Shown: one piece after another, positions 52,295 through 64,000 of the stretch
Position numbering within the stretch: the stretch's first letter is position 1
Layout: the number at the start of each line of letters is the position of its first letter
Source: Malacoraja senta
Taxonomy: Eukaryota
DNA length: 64,000 nt
Assembly (NCBI GenBank): GCA_038087875.1
Contig: JAXLNO010005103.1
Location: forward strand, 186,001-250,000
Direction of reading: 5' to 3'
Position numbers and translations under genes: made by a program
The notes under the pieces: generated by a model
What the model saw: only the letters and a program-made list of their open reading frames with translations
Told to the model about the DNA's origin: nothing
Database searches by the model: none

Positions 52295-53996
52295 TGTCTC
52301 TTATAGGCTGAATAAATGCTATAAAAATGATCTTTTTACCACAAATTTTATATCTATTCCAGTCAATACTTACCCAAAATGTTTTTTAAAAAATTGGATG
52401 CTGATATTATAAATTTTATATGGGACTATAAATCCCACAGAATCCAAAGAAAACATTTGTGTAAACCTAAGGAATTTGGTGGATTATCACTCCCCAATTT
52501 TTTATATTATTACTGGGACACAAATGTCAAAAATATGATTCACCTTTTGGACAATTCGGCCCAGCAGGTGGATTGGATAGTAATGGAGAGAGAGGACTGC
52601 TCCCCTTTTAACATAGGAGCGATCCTTCTCTCACCAACAAAAATAAAGAATACAATATATAGTAAAAATCCAATTATTCACAGTACAATTAGAATTTGGA
52701 AACAAATAAAATTATTGTTAAAATTAAGAAATCTATCACTTCTTTCACCTATAATGAATAATCCTTCGTTTAAACCTTCTATGATAGATAGAGCTTTTAT
52801 AAATTGGGAAAGAGCAGGAATTAAAACGTTTGGAGATATGTATGATAACGGAAGTTTTTTAACATTTCACCAATTACAACTTAAATATAACTTGAATAAT
52901 AATCAATATTTTAAATATTTCCAACTACGTGACTATTTGAAAAAGTATACACGGGAATATCAAAATATCTCTCCTGACTTATTAGATGGGATAATGAATA
53001 TAAAAGCGGAATCAGCTAATTTAATATCATACCTATATAATTCCATTTTAAATATAGAAATTCCATCATCGGACGGGATCAGAAGAGAATGGAAACAGGA
53101 ACTAGCTATAAAAATCTCGAAAGAGAGTTGGGATAAACATCTATTATATGTGCATAAATGTTCGATTAACGTAAGACATACTCTGATTCAATTTAAAATT
53201 TTACATAGATTATATTATTCAAAAGCTAAATTAAGTAAATTTTACCCAAATACCTCTGCAAACTGTGATAAATGCCTAGTACAAGAATCAACTATAGCAC
53301 ATTCTTTTGTTTTTTGTATAAAAGCTCAAAAATTTTGGAATGAAATTTTTGAAATTTTCACTAAATTATTTTAAATAAAACTGAAACCGAATGCAGAACT
53401 GATTATTTTTTGAACAATAGAAGCAAGTTTGGAGCTGACTTCGTTTCAAAGGAGTTTTCTTAGTTATGGCTTAATAACGGCAAAAAAATTAATACTGAAA
53501 TTTTGGAAAAATGCTCCTACGCCAACAATAAAAATGTGGACTTCTAATATGTCGGAATTGTTACATCTAGAAGATATGAGATTCCTCCTAGCAGGTAAAC
53601 AAGACCAATTCCAAAAGATTTGGTCTCCATATATTGACTTATTACAAACATAAGGTGCAACAAAATGATGATAATAAATGGTTTTAAGTCCTGGCGAGGG
53701 GTGAGTAAAGATAAGAAGTAGGTGCATCCCTTTCATATTGTCCTATCTTATTTTCTTTTTTCTCTTTTTTTCTTTTCTTCTTTAACTATTTCTTGTGGTT
53801 TAGGTTCACATGTGTGTTCCTGGGCCACTTTTTCATTCACTCACTGACTGTCCTTGCTAGTTCTTTCTATTATTCTTTTCTATTAAAGTTGAAAAACAGA
53901 AGTGGTACAAGAACTGTATAAATTTACGTTATTGCAGATTACTGTAATGTAAAATACTTCTAAAAAAAAATTTTTAAATTAAAAAATAAAAAATAT
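52295..53996 (+). mobile_element. 5'-truncated L1 nested inside a CR1
   Basis: TSD atatagccaatga (52282-52294, 53997-54009); ORF2 C-terminal region closely similar to the 42888-45821 protein. Confidence 0.9.
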
Positions 53997-54426
53997 ATAT
54001 AGCCAATGAACTGGCCTCAACTACATTCTGTGGCAGAGAATTCCAGAGATTCACCACTCTCTGTGTAAAAAATGTTTTTCTCATCTCAGTCCTGAAAGAT
54101 TTCCCCTTTATCCTTAAACTGTGACCCCTTGTTCTGGACTTCCCCAACATCGGGAACAATCTTCCTGCATCTAGCCTGTCCAACCCCTTAAGAATTTTGT
54201 AAGTTTCTATAAGATCCCCCCTCAATCTTCTAAATTCTAGCGAGTACAAGCCGAGTCTATCCAGTCTTTCTTCATATGAAAGTCCTGACATCCCAGGAAC
54301 CAGTCTGGTGAACCTTCTCTGTACTCCCTCTATGGCAAGAATGTCCTTCCTCAGATTAGGAGACCAAAACTGTAGACAATACTCCAGGTGTGGTCTCACC
54401 AAGACCCTGAACAACTGCAGTAGAAC

Positions 54427-54524
54427 TGCAGTCTGAAGAAGGGTTTCGGCCCGAAACGTTGCCTATTTCCTTCGCTCCATAGATGCTGCTGCACCCGCTG
54501 AGTTTCTCCAGCAATTTTGTGTAC
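54427..54524 (+). mobile_element. 98-bp Penelope pseudo-LTR-derived insertion with hammerhead-like core
   Basis: 12-bp TSD ctgcagtagaac (54415-54426, 54525-54536) inside the CR1; begins tgcagtCTGAAGAAGGGTTTCGGCCCGAAACGTT. Confidence 0.88.
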
Positions 54525-56699
54525 CTGCAGTAGAACCTCCCTGCTCCTATACTCAAATCCTTTTGCTATGAATGCTAACATACCATTCGCTTTCTTCACT
54601 GCCTGCTGAACCTGCATGCCTACTTTCAATGACTGGTGTACCATGACACCCAGGTCTCGTTGCATCTCCCCTTTTCCTAATCGGCCACCATTCAGGTAAT
54701 AGTCTACTTTCCTGTTTTTGCCACCAAAGTGGACACATTTATCCACATTATACTGCACCTGCCTTGCATTTGCCCACTCACCCAGCCTATCCAAGTCACC
54801 TTGCAGCCTCCTAGCACCCTCCTCACAGCTAACACTGCCCCCCAGCTTCGTGTCATCCGCAAACTTGGAGATGTTGCATTCGATTCCCTCGTCCAAATCA
54901 TTAATATATATTGTAAATAGCTGGGGTCCCAGCACTGAGCCTTGCGGTGCCCCACTAGTCACTGACTGCCATTCTGAAAAGGACGCGTTTACTCCTACTC
55001 TTTGCTTCCTGTCTGCCAGCCAGTTCTCTATCCACATCAATACTGAACCCCCATAACCGTGTGCTTTAAGTTTGTATATTAATCTCTAATGTGGGACCTT
55101 GTCGAAAGTCTTCTGAAAGTCCAGATATAACACATCCACTGGTTCTCCCTCTACTAGTTACATCCTCGAAAAATTCTATAAGATTCGTCAGACATGATTT
55201 ACCTTTCATAAATCCATGCTGACTTTGTCCAATGATTTCACCATTTTCCTAATGTGCTGCTATCCCATCTTTAATAACTGACTCTAGCAGTTTCCCCACT
55301 ACTGATGTTAGACTAACTGGCCTGTAATCCCCGTTTTCTCTCTCCCTCCCTTTTTAAAAAGCGGGGTTACATTAGCTACCCTCCAATCCTCAGGAACTAC
55401 TCCAGAATCTAAAGAGTTTTGAAAAATTATCACTAATGCATCCACTATTTCTGGGGCTACTTCCTTAAGTACTCTGGGATGCAACCTAACTGGCCCTGGG
55501 GATTTATCGGCCTTTAATCCATTCAATTTACCTAACACCACTTCCCGGCTACCTGGATTTCACTCAGTTCCTCCATCTCATTTGACCCCCGGTCCCCTGC
55601 TATTTCCGGCAGTTAATTAAGTCTTCCTTAGTGAAGACAGAACCAAAGTAGTTATTCAATTGGTCTGCCATGTCCTTGTTCTCCATGATCAATTCACCTG
55701 TTTCTGAGTGCAAGGGACCTACATTTGTTTTAACTAATCTTTTCCCCCATATCCCTTGATTCCTTTAGCCTTAAGAGCTAAATCTAACTCTCTCTTGAAA
55801 GTACGTTGTTTAGATAAGAGCCTTCTTTTCAAGCTTCTTTCTGCGGTCTTTTAGTTGAGTTTTGCAGGTGCTTTAGTTTGTCTCGTCTTCTCTCTGCTGA
55901 ATATGTAACAACTACAAGCTGTGAATAACAAAAAATCCTTGAAAACTAACACTGGACTGCGAGTGTGAGTACAAAGCATGTTCTAACGTGACCCAACTTC
56001 AGTCTGAAGTAGGATCCGCACCCGAAATATCTGCCTTCCCATGTTCTCCAAAGATGCCGCTTGACCCGTTGAGTTCCTCAGCACTTTGTGTCTGGAGGAA
56101 AGCAGCCTCTGCTCTTCCTTTCATCTACAATTGTTAAATAGTTCAATCCAGCCAATTAGTTCAATTTTACATTGTTGACTAAAATGAGAAAGAAGGCAAT
56201 TCAAGGATAAATAACTGCCCATAATTCCATGTGACAGAGAAAGAGGTCTTTCAGCCTCCTGAGCCCACTCAGGAGGCTGAGGGGTGATCATATAGGGGTG
56301 CTTAAAATCATGAGGGGAATTGACAGAGTGTATGCCCAGAGCCTTTTACCCAGAGAACAAAATTATTCCAACACTAATTTGCCCCAAAACGGATCTTCCT
56401 CATTTCTATCAATGCCACAAATCCACCTCTATTTGCAGCGGTGGCTTAATCTACTAATTCAGCACATTTTGGTATGTGGGAGGAAACTGGAGAACAAACA
56501 TTGTCACAGGGAGAATGCTTATACTCCACACAGACTGCACTGGAGATGATTGAACCTGGATCACTGGAGCTGTGAGGCAGCAGCGCTCTTTGCTATAAAG
56601 CAGTCATAGAGAGTCACACAGCAGGGAAACAAGCCCTTTGGCCCAACTTGTCCATGCTAATCAAGATACCCCATTTAAGCTAGTCCCATTTACCCTGGA

Positions 56700-57200
56700 A
56701 TCGGTAGACATCATTCAAAACGTTTCTCTCTAGATGTCAGCTGCTCTACATCGGTGAGACCAAGCGCAGGCTTGGCGATCGTTTCGCCAAACGCCTCCGC
56801 TCGGTTCGCAACAACCAACCTCATCTCCCTGTGGATCAGCACTTCAACTCCCCCCTCCCATTCCAAATCCGACCTTTCTACCCTCGGCCTCCTCCATGGC
56901 CAGAGTGAGGACCGCCGTAAATTGGAGGAGCAGCACCTCATTTTTCGCTTGGGCAGTTTACACCCCAGCGGTATGAACATTGACCTCTAATTTCAGGTAG
57001 TCCCTACTTTCTCCTCCCCTTCTCAGCTCTCCCTCAGCCCACTGACTCCACCTCTTCCTTTCTTCTTCCTGCCCCCCCCCCCCATTCCCCCCACCCTCAC
57101 ATCAGTCTGAAGAAGGGTTTTCGGCCCTAAACGTTGCCTATTTCCTTCGCTCCAGAGATGCTGCCTCACCCGCTGAGTTTCTCCAGCATTTTTATCTACC
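56700..57200 (+). mobile_element. Penelope-like element 3' fragment (GIY-YIG plus pseudo-LTR)
   Basis: LYIGETKRRLGDRFA...HFNSPSHS...EEQHLIFRLGSLHPSGMNID followed by the ctgaagaaggg repeat. Confidence 0.9.
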
Positions 57201-58244
57201 TATGCATGTCCCTGTCCATGTGTCTATTAAATATTGTTATTGTACCTGCCGCAACTCCATTCTCTGGCAGGTCATTCCATATGCTGACCACTCTCTGAGC
57301 ACAAAGATTGTCCCAAGTTCCAATTAAATCTTCCCCCTCTCACATTAAACCCATGTCCTCTGGTTATTTTATTCTCCTTCTCTGGGTAAAAGGCTCTGGG
57401 CATACAGTCTATCAATTCCCCTCATGATTTTAAGCACCCCTATATGATCACCCCTCAGCCTCCTGTGCTCCATGGAATAAAGCCCTGGCTTGCCCAATCT
57501 CTCCCTCTTGTTCACACCCTTGAGCCCCGACAATATGCTCATAAATCTCATAAACATAACAATGTTGCAGATAATATGTGCACCATAAATAATGCAAATA
57601 TAAAAAATATTTTTGAAGGCAATATGATTCAATAAACATGGTTCAATGAATCAGATGATAATCTAATAAATGTCATTCACATGTATTCACATATAATTTG
57701 AAAATAATAATAAATATTGCAAGATGTGGAAAATTGATAGAAATTATGCCCAGTGCATAATATTTTGATGTATTGTTCCCTGTTTGTACCCTCACCCTGT
57801 TTTAGTTCAGTTAAAGATTAATAATATAATTTGTTTAATGTGTAACCGAAGAGGTAACAAAAAGCAATGTTTTCAGAAATAATTAATCATGAATGAATAA
57901 CACTTTATTATGACATGTGACAAGTCACAGTGAAAGTCTTTGTTTTGTAAACCCAACGTATGTCAAGATTCTTCACATAAAGGGCACCGACAAAGTTATA
58001 AAATCTCCCACACCAGGTCCTCCTTTGTCCCCCCCCCCCCCCCCCACCTCACCATGGTTCCCCCACGTCTAGTCCTGCTTTGTTCAATGGTACACTACGA
58101 ATGTCATTGAATTAACACAGTAATGGTGATAGGACTTATTGATTTACAATATAAAACATGTCCAATTTCAACTTATATGGATATACAAGTGTGGTGCAGA
58201 TGGATTTGGACAGCTTACTTTACAATTGGTGCCCAAGATAATTT

Positions 58245-58460
58245 AGAGATATAGCACAAAAACAGCCCTTAGAGTCCACAGTGACCAGTGATCCCCTTTG
58301 GCATACAGGCTTGGAGTGTGGGAGGAAACCGGAGCATCCGGGGAAATCCCACGCAGGTCACGGGGAGTACGTACAAACTATGTACAGACAGCACCTGAGG
58401 CCAGGATCAACCCTGGGTCTCTGGCACTACGGCAGCAACACTACGGCTGAACCACAATGC
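58245..58460 (-). mobile_element. V-SINE (similar minus copies at about 50245-50435, 56430-56595, 59095-59270)
   Basis: Reverse-complement V-domain gtgggaggaaaccggagcatccgggga. Confidence 0.8.
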
Positions 58461-59340
58461 CATTTAGGTTATCCTTTAAATATTTCACACAACATTTCAT
58501 TCAAAATTTGTCAATAAAAGTAAAAACAATTGGTGAGGTACGCAAGGGATTTTAACCATTCAAAAAGCCACCAACATTTTAATGATTTGTAAAATGCTGG
58601 AACACACAGCAGGTTCAACAGAACCTATGGAAAGAGAAACAAAATTAATGCTTCAGAATTGTGAGAATGTGTAAGTTACAGACAGGAGTGGGAGGCATGG
58701 TTGGACATAGGGAGTATCACTAATAAGGTAATGACAGGTTTCCATGGTGATAAACTGACAATGAAGCCATCAGACAATGGCATTTTTGGTTTTTATTTCA
58801 CATTTGCAGCATCTGCAGTTCTTAGGTTAGTGACTCAGCATGGAAACGGGCCATTCGGCCCACCAATTCCATGCCAACCATCGATCATCTTTCACACTAG
58901 TTCTATGTTATCCCAAAATGGACACAAAATGCTGGAGTAAGTCAGGGGAGACACTCTGTGTGAGGAAGGGTCTTGACCTGAAAAGTCATCCATTCCTTGT
59001 ATCCAGAGATGCTGCCTGTCCCGCTGAGTTACTCCAGCACATTGTGCCTATCTTTGCTGTAAACCAGCATCTTCAGTTCCTTCCTACACATCTATGTAAT
59101 CCCACTTTCTCACCCATTCTCAGCACACAAGAGTAATTTACAGAGCCCAATTAACCTACAAACTCTCACGTTTTCAAGATATGGGACGAAACCGGAGCAC
59201 CTGGAGGAAATATCTGTGTTCACAGGGAGAACGTGTAGTCAGGATCAAACCTGGGTCTCTGGCACAGCGAGAAATTTCTTTGAGGTGTTTTTTTATGAAC
59301 ATTGATCACACTCCAAATGTATTGAAATGAATGAACTAAC

Positions 59341-59601
59341 TTGCTGTTTCGTTCTGCCTCCGCATCCATTCATCGACTTGCCCTTTGATGATTCCATGGA
59401 AACCAGTTTCAGAGACCGTATTTGTTACCCAGTAATTCCTGTCAAATGCAGCCGCCATCCATTTCTGTCTTGGAACTGTAATTACCATGTTTTTGTCATA
59501 ATACTGTATCTCACAACCGTCCAGTACACCCACGACACTATATTCTGGTAGATGAGTACTCCCGTGGTTCAGGGTGTAGTAATAGATCAGTGTGTGAGGC
59601 C
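59341..59601 (-). CDS. MHC class I-like alpha1 exon
   Basis: Acceptor ttctttgtttctag, donor A|gttagt, 261 nt; GPHTLIYYYT...LPEYSVVGVLDG...NYW...MRRQNET with Y7, Y59/W60, R84 and the N86 glycosylation sequon. Confidence 0.95.
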
Positions 59602-59964
59602 CTAGAAACAAAGAAAAGAATACAATTATTGTCAAGTAATAGAAATTTCTATGGATAGGAAAGGTTTGGAGGGAAATCGGCAAAACACCAATTGGATTTA
59701 CATTGCACTAAACATGATATAATTTACCCTGTATCTATAGATTGTGAACGGCTTCATTGTAATGTAGTCTTTTCACTGACTGGATAGCACACAAGAAACA
59801 TTTTCACTGCAAAACAGTACACGTGACATTAATAATAAATTAAACTAAGCTAAAATATAGATAGGTGGGTCAAGGGTAGATGGGGCATCTTGGCTGGCAT
59901 AGATAAGCTGGGCTGAAGGGCCTGTTTCTGTGCTGTACATGATTCTAGATGTCAAGCTTACTTA

Positions 59965-60265
59965 GATTATTTTAGTTTAGTTTAGAGATACAGTGTGGAA
60001 ACAGGCCCTTCAGCACGAGTCCGCACAGATCCCCGCACATTAACACTATCCTACACACGAAGGACAATTTGCATTTATATCAAGCCTATTAACCTACAAA
60101 CCTGTACGTCTTTGGAGTGTGGGAGGAAACCGAAGATCTTGGCGAAAACCCACTGGTCATGGGGAGAATGTACAAACTCCGTACAGACAGCAGCCATAGT
60201 CAGGATCGGACCCGGGGCTCTGACACTTTAAGGCAGCAACTCTATCGCTGCCCCACCGTGCCGTG
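59965..60265 (-). mobile_element. V-SINE, full length
   Basis: tttagtttagagatacag tail, V-domain, head. Confidence 0.88.
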
Positions 60266-61112
60266 ACTGAAGTCTCAAGAAGGGTTTCGGCCCGAAACGT
60301 TGCCTATTTCCTTCGCTCCATAGATGCTGCTGCACCCGCTGAGTTTCTCCAGTATTTTTGTGTACCTTCGATTTCCAGCATCTGCAGTTCCTTCTTAAAC
60401 ACTGTTCCAATGCTATATCTCTATATCATCTTGAGCTGCAATATACAGTAAGTTGTCCAAATCGGATTGCACCATGCCAGTACATCAAGAGCAGACTCTA
60501 AAAATATCAATGTAACATTTAACTTCTGCTTTGATATGACCTCCTGGTGACTTGTTCACCACATCCCCCTTTGTCAGGGAGTTCCCCAATCATCTCACTG
60601 GAGAGGCCCCACATTCACACTTACTCAAATACCACACATTTCCTGCTAGACTAGTTTTTCAACTGTTTACTCTCACAGTCTGCCCTGTGAACATGCAGAA
60701 ATTAACATCACAAAACATCAGGATTGAACAACTCATTATCAACCTTAGACACAGAGTGCTAAAGTATCTCAGCGGGACTGGCAGCATCTCTGGAGAAAAA
60801 GGCTGGATGACACTTTGTGTCAGGACCCTACTTCAGTCTCAAGCAGGATTAGTCTGAAGAAGGGTCCCAACCCGATACATCAGTCTGAAGAAGGATCCCA
60901 ACCTGAAGCTTCACCCAGCATCACCCATCCTTTTTCTACAGAGATGCTGTAGAACACCTCTGACCCGTTGAGTTACTCCAGCACTTTGTGACTCTCTTTG
61001 GTACAAACCAGCATCTGCAGTTCCTTGTTTCAACATCATTATCTATCTCTTTGAGAAAGCGTTCCCATAGAATTTGCATCCTAACAAAATAAGATCACAC
61101 AAAGTTACCAAT

Positions 61113-61440
61113 AAGGGCGGCACAGTGGCACAGTGATAGAGTTGCTGCCTTACAGTGTTTGCAGTGCCAGAGACCCGGTTTCAATCCTGACTATGGGTGC
61201 TGTCTGTACGGAGTTAGTACGTTCTCCCCGTGACCTGCGTGGATTTTCGCTGAGATCTTCGATTTCTTCCCACACTCCAAAGACGTACAGGAATGTAGGT
61301 TAATTGGCTTGATGCATGTGTCAAATTGTCCCTCGTGTGCATAGGATAGTGTTGGTGTGCGGGTTAGTCGCTGGTCGGTGCAGACTTGGTGGGCTGAAAG
61401 GCCTGTTTCCGCGCTGTGTATCTAAATTAAAAAACTAAAG
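61113..61440 (+). mobile_element. V-SINE, full length
   Basis: gggcggcacagtggcacag head, V-domain, tail. Confidence 0.88.
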
Positions 61441-62519
61441 AACCTATTTTACATATCTCACTTCCTTTGGTTCACGCAGTGTTCTCTCTGGTGTAGACTG
61501 CTTGAGCCATTTTTAGTGCTTATTCTGGCTAATAGAGATAGCAACATGAAAACCACAGAAAGAATCTTAAAATAAACTGAATCCTGCAGCATATAAACAG
61601 GCCCTTTTGCCCAATCTTGTCTATGCTGACCGAGATGTTTATCTACAATTACATGAATTACGCCCTTATCCCTCCCTGACTTTCCTACCAAAAGTCCAAA
61701 TGCTTTATAGACATTGTGATTATGTCTGCCTCTACCATCTCCCCTGCAGCTCATTCCAGATAACTACTGTGGTGAGAAACGTCTGCTCAGATCCCCTTGA
61801 CATTTCTCTCCCATCACCTTAAACCTCCAGTTCTAGTCCCCACTGCCCCGGGAAATAGACAGTTACTCTCTATCCTATCTATACCCCAACGATAGACACA
61901 AAATGCTGGAGTAACTCAGCAGGGCAGGCAGTTTTTATGGAGAGAAGGAATGGATGATGTTTAGAAACGTCACTCATTCCTTCCCTCCAAAGATGCTGCC
62001 TGTCCTGCTGAGTTACTCCAGCATTTTATGTCTGTCTTCGGTGTAAACCAACATCTGTTAATCCTTCCTGAAGAAGCGTTTCGACCCGAAAAGGTCTCGA
62101 CCCGAAATATCACCCATTCCTTCTCTCCAATGATGCTGCCTGTCCCACTGAGTTACTCCAGCTTTTTGTGTCTTTCTTCAGTTTAAACCTGCATCTGCAG
62201 ATCCTTCCGACACATTCTATAGCCCTCATTATTTCACTCCTGCATTCTAGTGAGAATAAATGCAGCCTATCCAATCTCTTCACATAACACCAGACCTCTA
62301 TTCCAGGCAACAACCTGGCAAAACCCTTCTGCACTACTTTTTATGCCATCACATCCTTTTTAGTTTAGAGATACATTGCAGAAACAGGCCCTTCGGCCCA
62401 CGCCGACCAGAGATCCCCGCACAGTAACGTTAGTAGAGGAGCGACCAGAACTCTACACAATACTCCATGTGCAGCCTAACCAATGTTTTGTTTGATTTCT
62501 CAACTCATATACTTGATGC

Positions 62520-63110
62520 CAGAGTCTATTCAGTTATACAGGGCCCTGGTGAGACTGCACCTGGAGTATTTTGTGCAGTCTTGGTCACCTAGTTTGAAGA
62601 AGGACGTTCTTGCTATTGAAGGAGTGCAGCAAAGTTCACCAGGTTAATTCCCAGGATGGCAGGACTGACATAAAATAAAAGAATGAATCGACTGGGATTA
62701 TATTCACTGGAATTCAGAAGGATGAGAGGGTATTTGATAGAAACAGAATACTTACAAGGGATTTGACAGACTAGATGCAGGAAAAATATTCTCAATGTTG
62801 GGGGAGTCCAGAACCAGGGGTCACAGTTTACAAATAAGGGGTAGGCCATTTAGGATTGAGATGGGGAAAACCTTTTCACCCAGAGTGTTGTGAATCTGTG
62901 GAATTCTCGGCCACAGAAGGCAGCGGAGACCAATTAACTGAATGTATTCAAGAGAGAGTTAGCTCTTAGGGTTAACGAAATCAAGGGATATGGGGAGAAA
63001 GCAGGAACAGGGTACTGATTCTGGTTGATCACCCATGACCATATTGAATGGTGGTGCTGGCTTGAAGGGCCAAATGGCCTACTCCTGCACCAATTTTATA
63101 TGTTGCTATG
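62520..63110 (+). mobile_element. CR1 3' fragment
   Basis: ALVRLHLEYFVQSWSPSLKKDVLAIEGVQQSSPG and a 3' UTR matching the other CR1 copies. Confidence 0.82.
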
Positions 63111-64000
63111 TCTAAGTGGACAAGCATGCCAAAGTGCATTTTTTGCTTTCCTGTCTCCCCTTGTCGGCATTTTCACGTATCAATGAACTTGCAACCCAAG
63201 GACTCTGTATATTAACACCCCTCAGGTTCTTACCGTTTATGTCCTACCAGAACATGACATGCCGACACGCACAACTTCACACATCTCTGGATTACATTCC
63301 TTCTGTTATTGCTCCATCCAGCTCTCTAGCTAATCTGTATCCCACTGGATCCATAGACAACCTTCTTCAATGTACATGTCATCTGCAAACCTACTAATCA
63401 AACCACCAATATTCACATCCACATCATATATACTATCCACTGCAAAACACAAAGGGCTGCAGGGACTCAGCAGGTCAGGTAATATCTGGAGGGATTTTAT
63501 CCCCGCCAAAAATAAACATTATTCAGAATAATGAAATATATACAAAACAAGAACAGTGCAAACAACTTTTCTGCCATTCTCAGTGTCCACACATGGATTA
63601 ATTACAGTTATTTTTGGTTGTGTTCACAAACTATCCTTATATCAAGCACCCTTGCCACTTGTATAGCCCTCCTGGGTTAATAGCCCTTCCCTTGTTTGAG
63701 GGGCGTCTTCACCAGTTGCAGCCCCCCAATGTATTGCCACGAAGGACCCTAGACTGTAGACCTCCACTGAGCCTTGGTGTTGGCTGCAACAAACTCCAGT
63801 GAGTCCCTCAGCACGTACTCCTGCAGTCTGGAATGGACAGATGATGTTTTGGGTCAGACACTTCTTCAGACTGATTGTAATAGAAAGCTGAAAAAGAGTT
63901 GTGGGGCTGGGACAAAGCCTGGCAAGTGATACAGGTGATAAGACATAAAAAGCTGGAGTAACTCAGTGGGACAGGCAGCATCTCTGGAGAGAAGGAATGG

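Larger units (their letters stand above)
51996..55740 (-). mobile_element. CR1 LINE 3' portion (about 2 kb of RT region), interrupted by an L1 and a Penelope-derived repeat
   Basis: DKSPGP..LHPRVLKE, SGAPQGSVLGPQLF, FADDTKLG, LVRPHLEYC, RGDLIETYKI; (agaaacat)n-type tail duplicated at 51996-52190. Confidence 0.93.
15673..59601 (-). other. Gene model: non-classical MHC class I-like heavy chain (alpha1-alpha2-alpha3-TM-CYT); leader exon not located in window
   Basis: Five exons with canonical AG/GT boundaries, all phase 1, joining to 953 nt of open frame ending in TAA; domain order and motifs are those of class I heavy chains. Confidence 0.9.

Noticed and set aside
60625-60684. 60-nt exon candidate with good acceptor and gtaagt donor upstream of alpha1, as the leader exon
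   Set aside because: Stops in all three frames and no hydrophobic core; at most a non-coding exon, unsupported here
61113-61200. tRNA-like A/B-box heads
   Set aside because: They are 5' heads of V-SINEs continuing into the V-domain and CR1-derived tail, not tRNA genes
61458-61560. Hydrophobic ORF segment (MLLSLLARIS...) as the leader exon
   Set aside because: Hydrophobic stretch is short and the nearby donor is phase 2, incompatible with the phase-1 alpha1 acceptor
63230-63310. ATG plus strong gtaaga donor as the leader exon
   Set aside because: Translates to a degenerate CR1 RT segment (MECNPEMCEVV) with an in-frame stop

Overview
Repeat-rich vertebrate genomic DNA, most likely a cartilaginous fish (skate/ray-like, inferred from the HE1/V-SINE, CR1 and Penelope repertoire). 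The host feature is a minus-strand MHC class I-like gene spread over about 44 kb: alpha1 (59341-59601), alpha2 (36744-37019), alpha3 (29351-29617), transmembrane (26565-26672) and a probable terminal cytoplasmic exon (15730-15770) followed by AATAAA. All junctions are GT-AG and phase 1, giving one open frame. No leader exon was found. By eye the protein is non-classical: several peptide-anchoring residues are replaced, the groove is hydrophobic, alpha3 lacks its second cysteine, and the predicted tail carries a CD1b-like YQNI motif. A second, divergent but intact alpha3-type Ig C1 exon (3167-3439) lies 12 kb past the poly(A) signal, and I found no alpha1/alpha2 exons for it. The rest is transposable elements: a DIRS1-type tyrosine-recombinase retrotransposon with ITR/ICR structure, a near-intact full-length L1 with a 15-bp TSD, a decayed full-length L1, truncated L1s, CR1, L2, RTE and Rex/Babar fragments, Penelope fragments and many short Penelope-derived repeats with a hammerhead-ribozyme-like core, hAT and Harbinger elements, a solo LTR, a 59-60 bp minisatellite and many V-SINEs. 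Residue numbering (HLA-A2 style) and identities were done by eye; no database searches were run.
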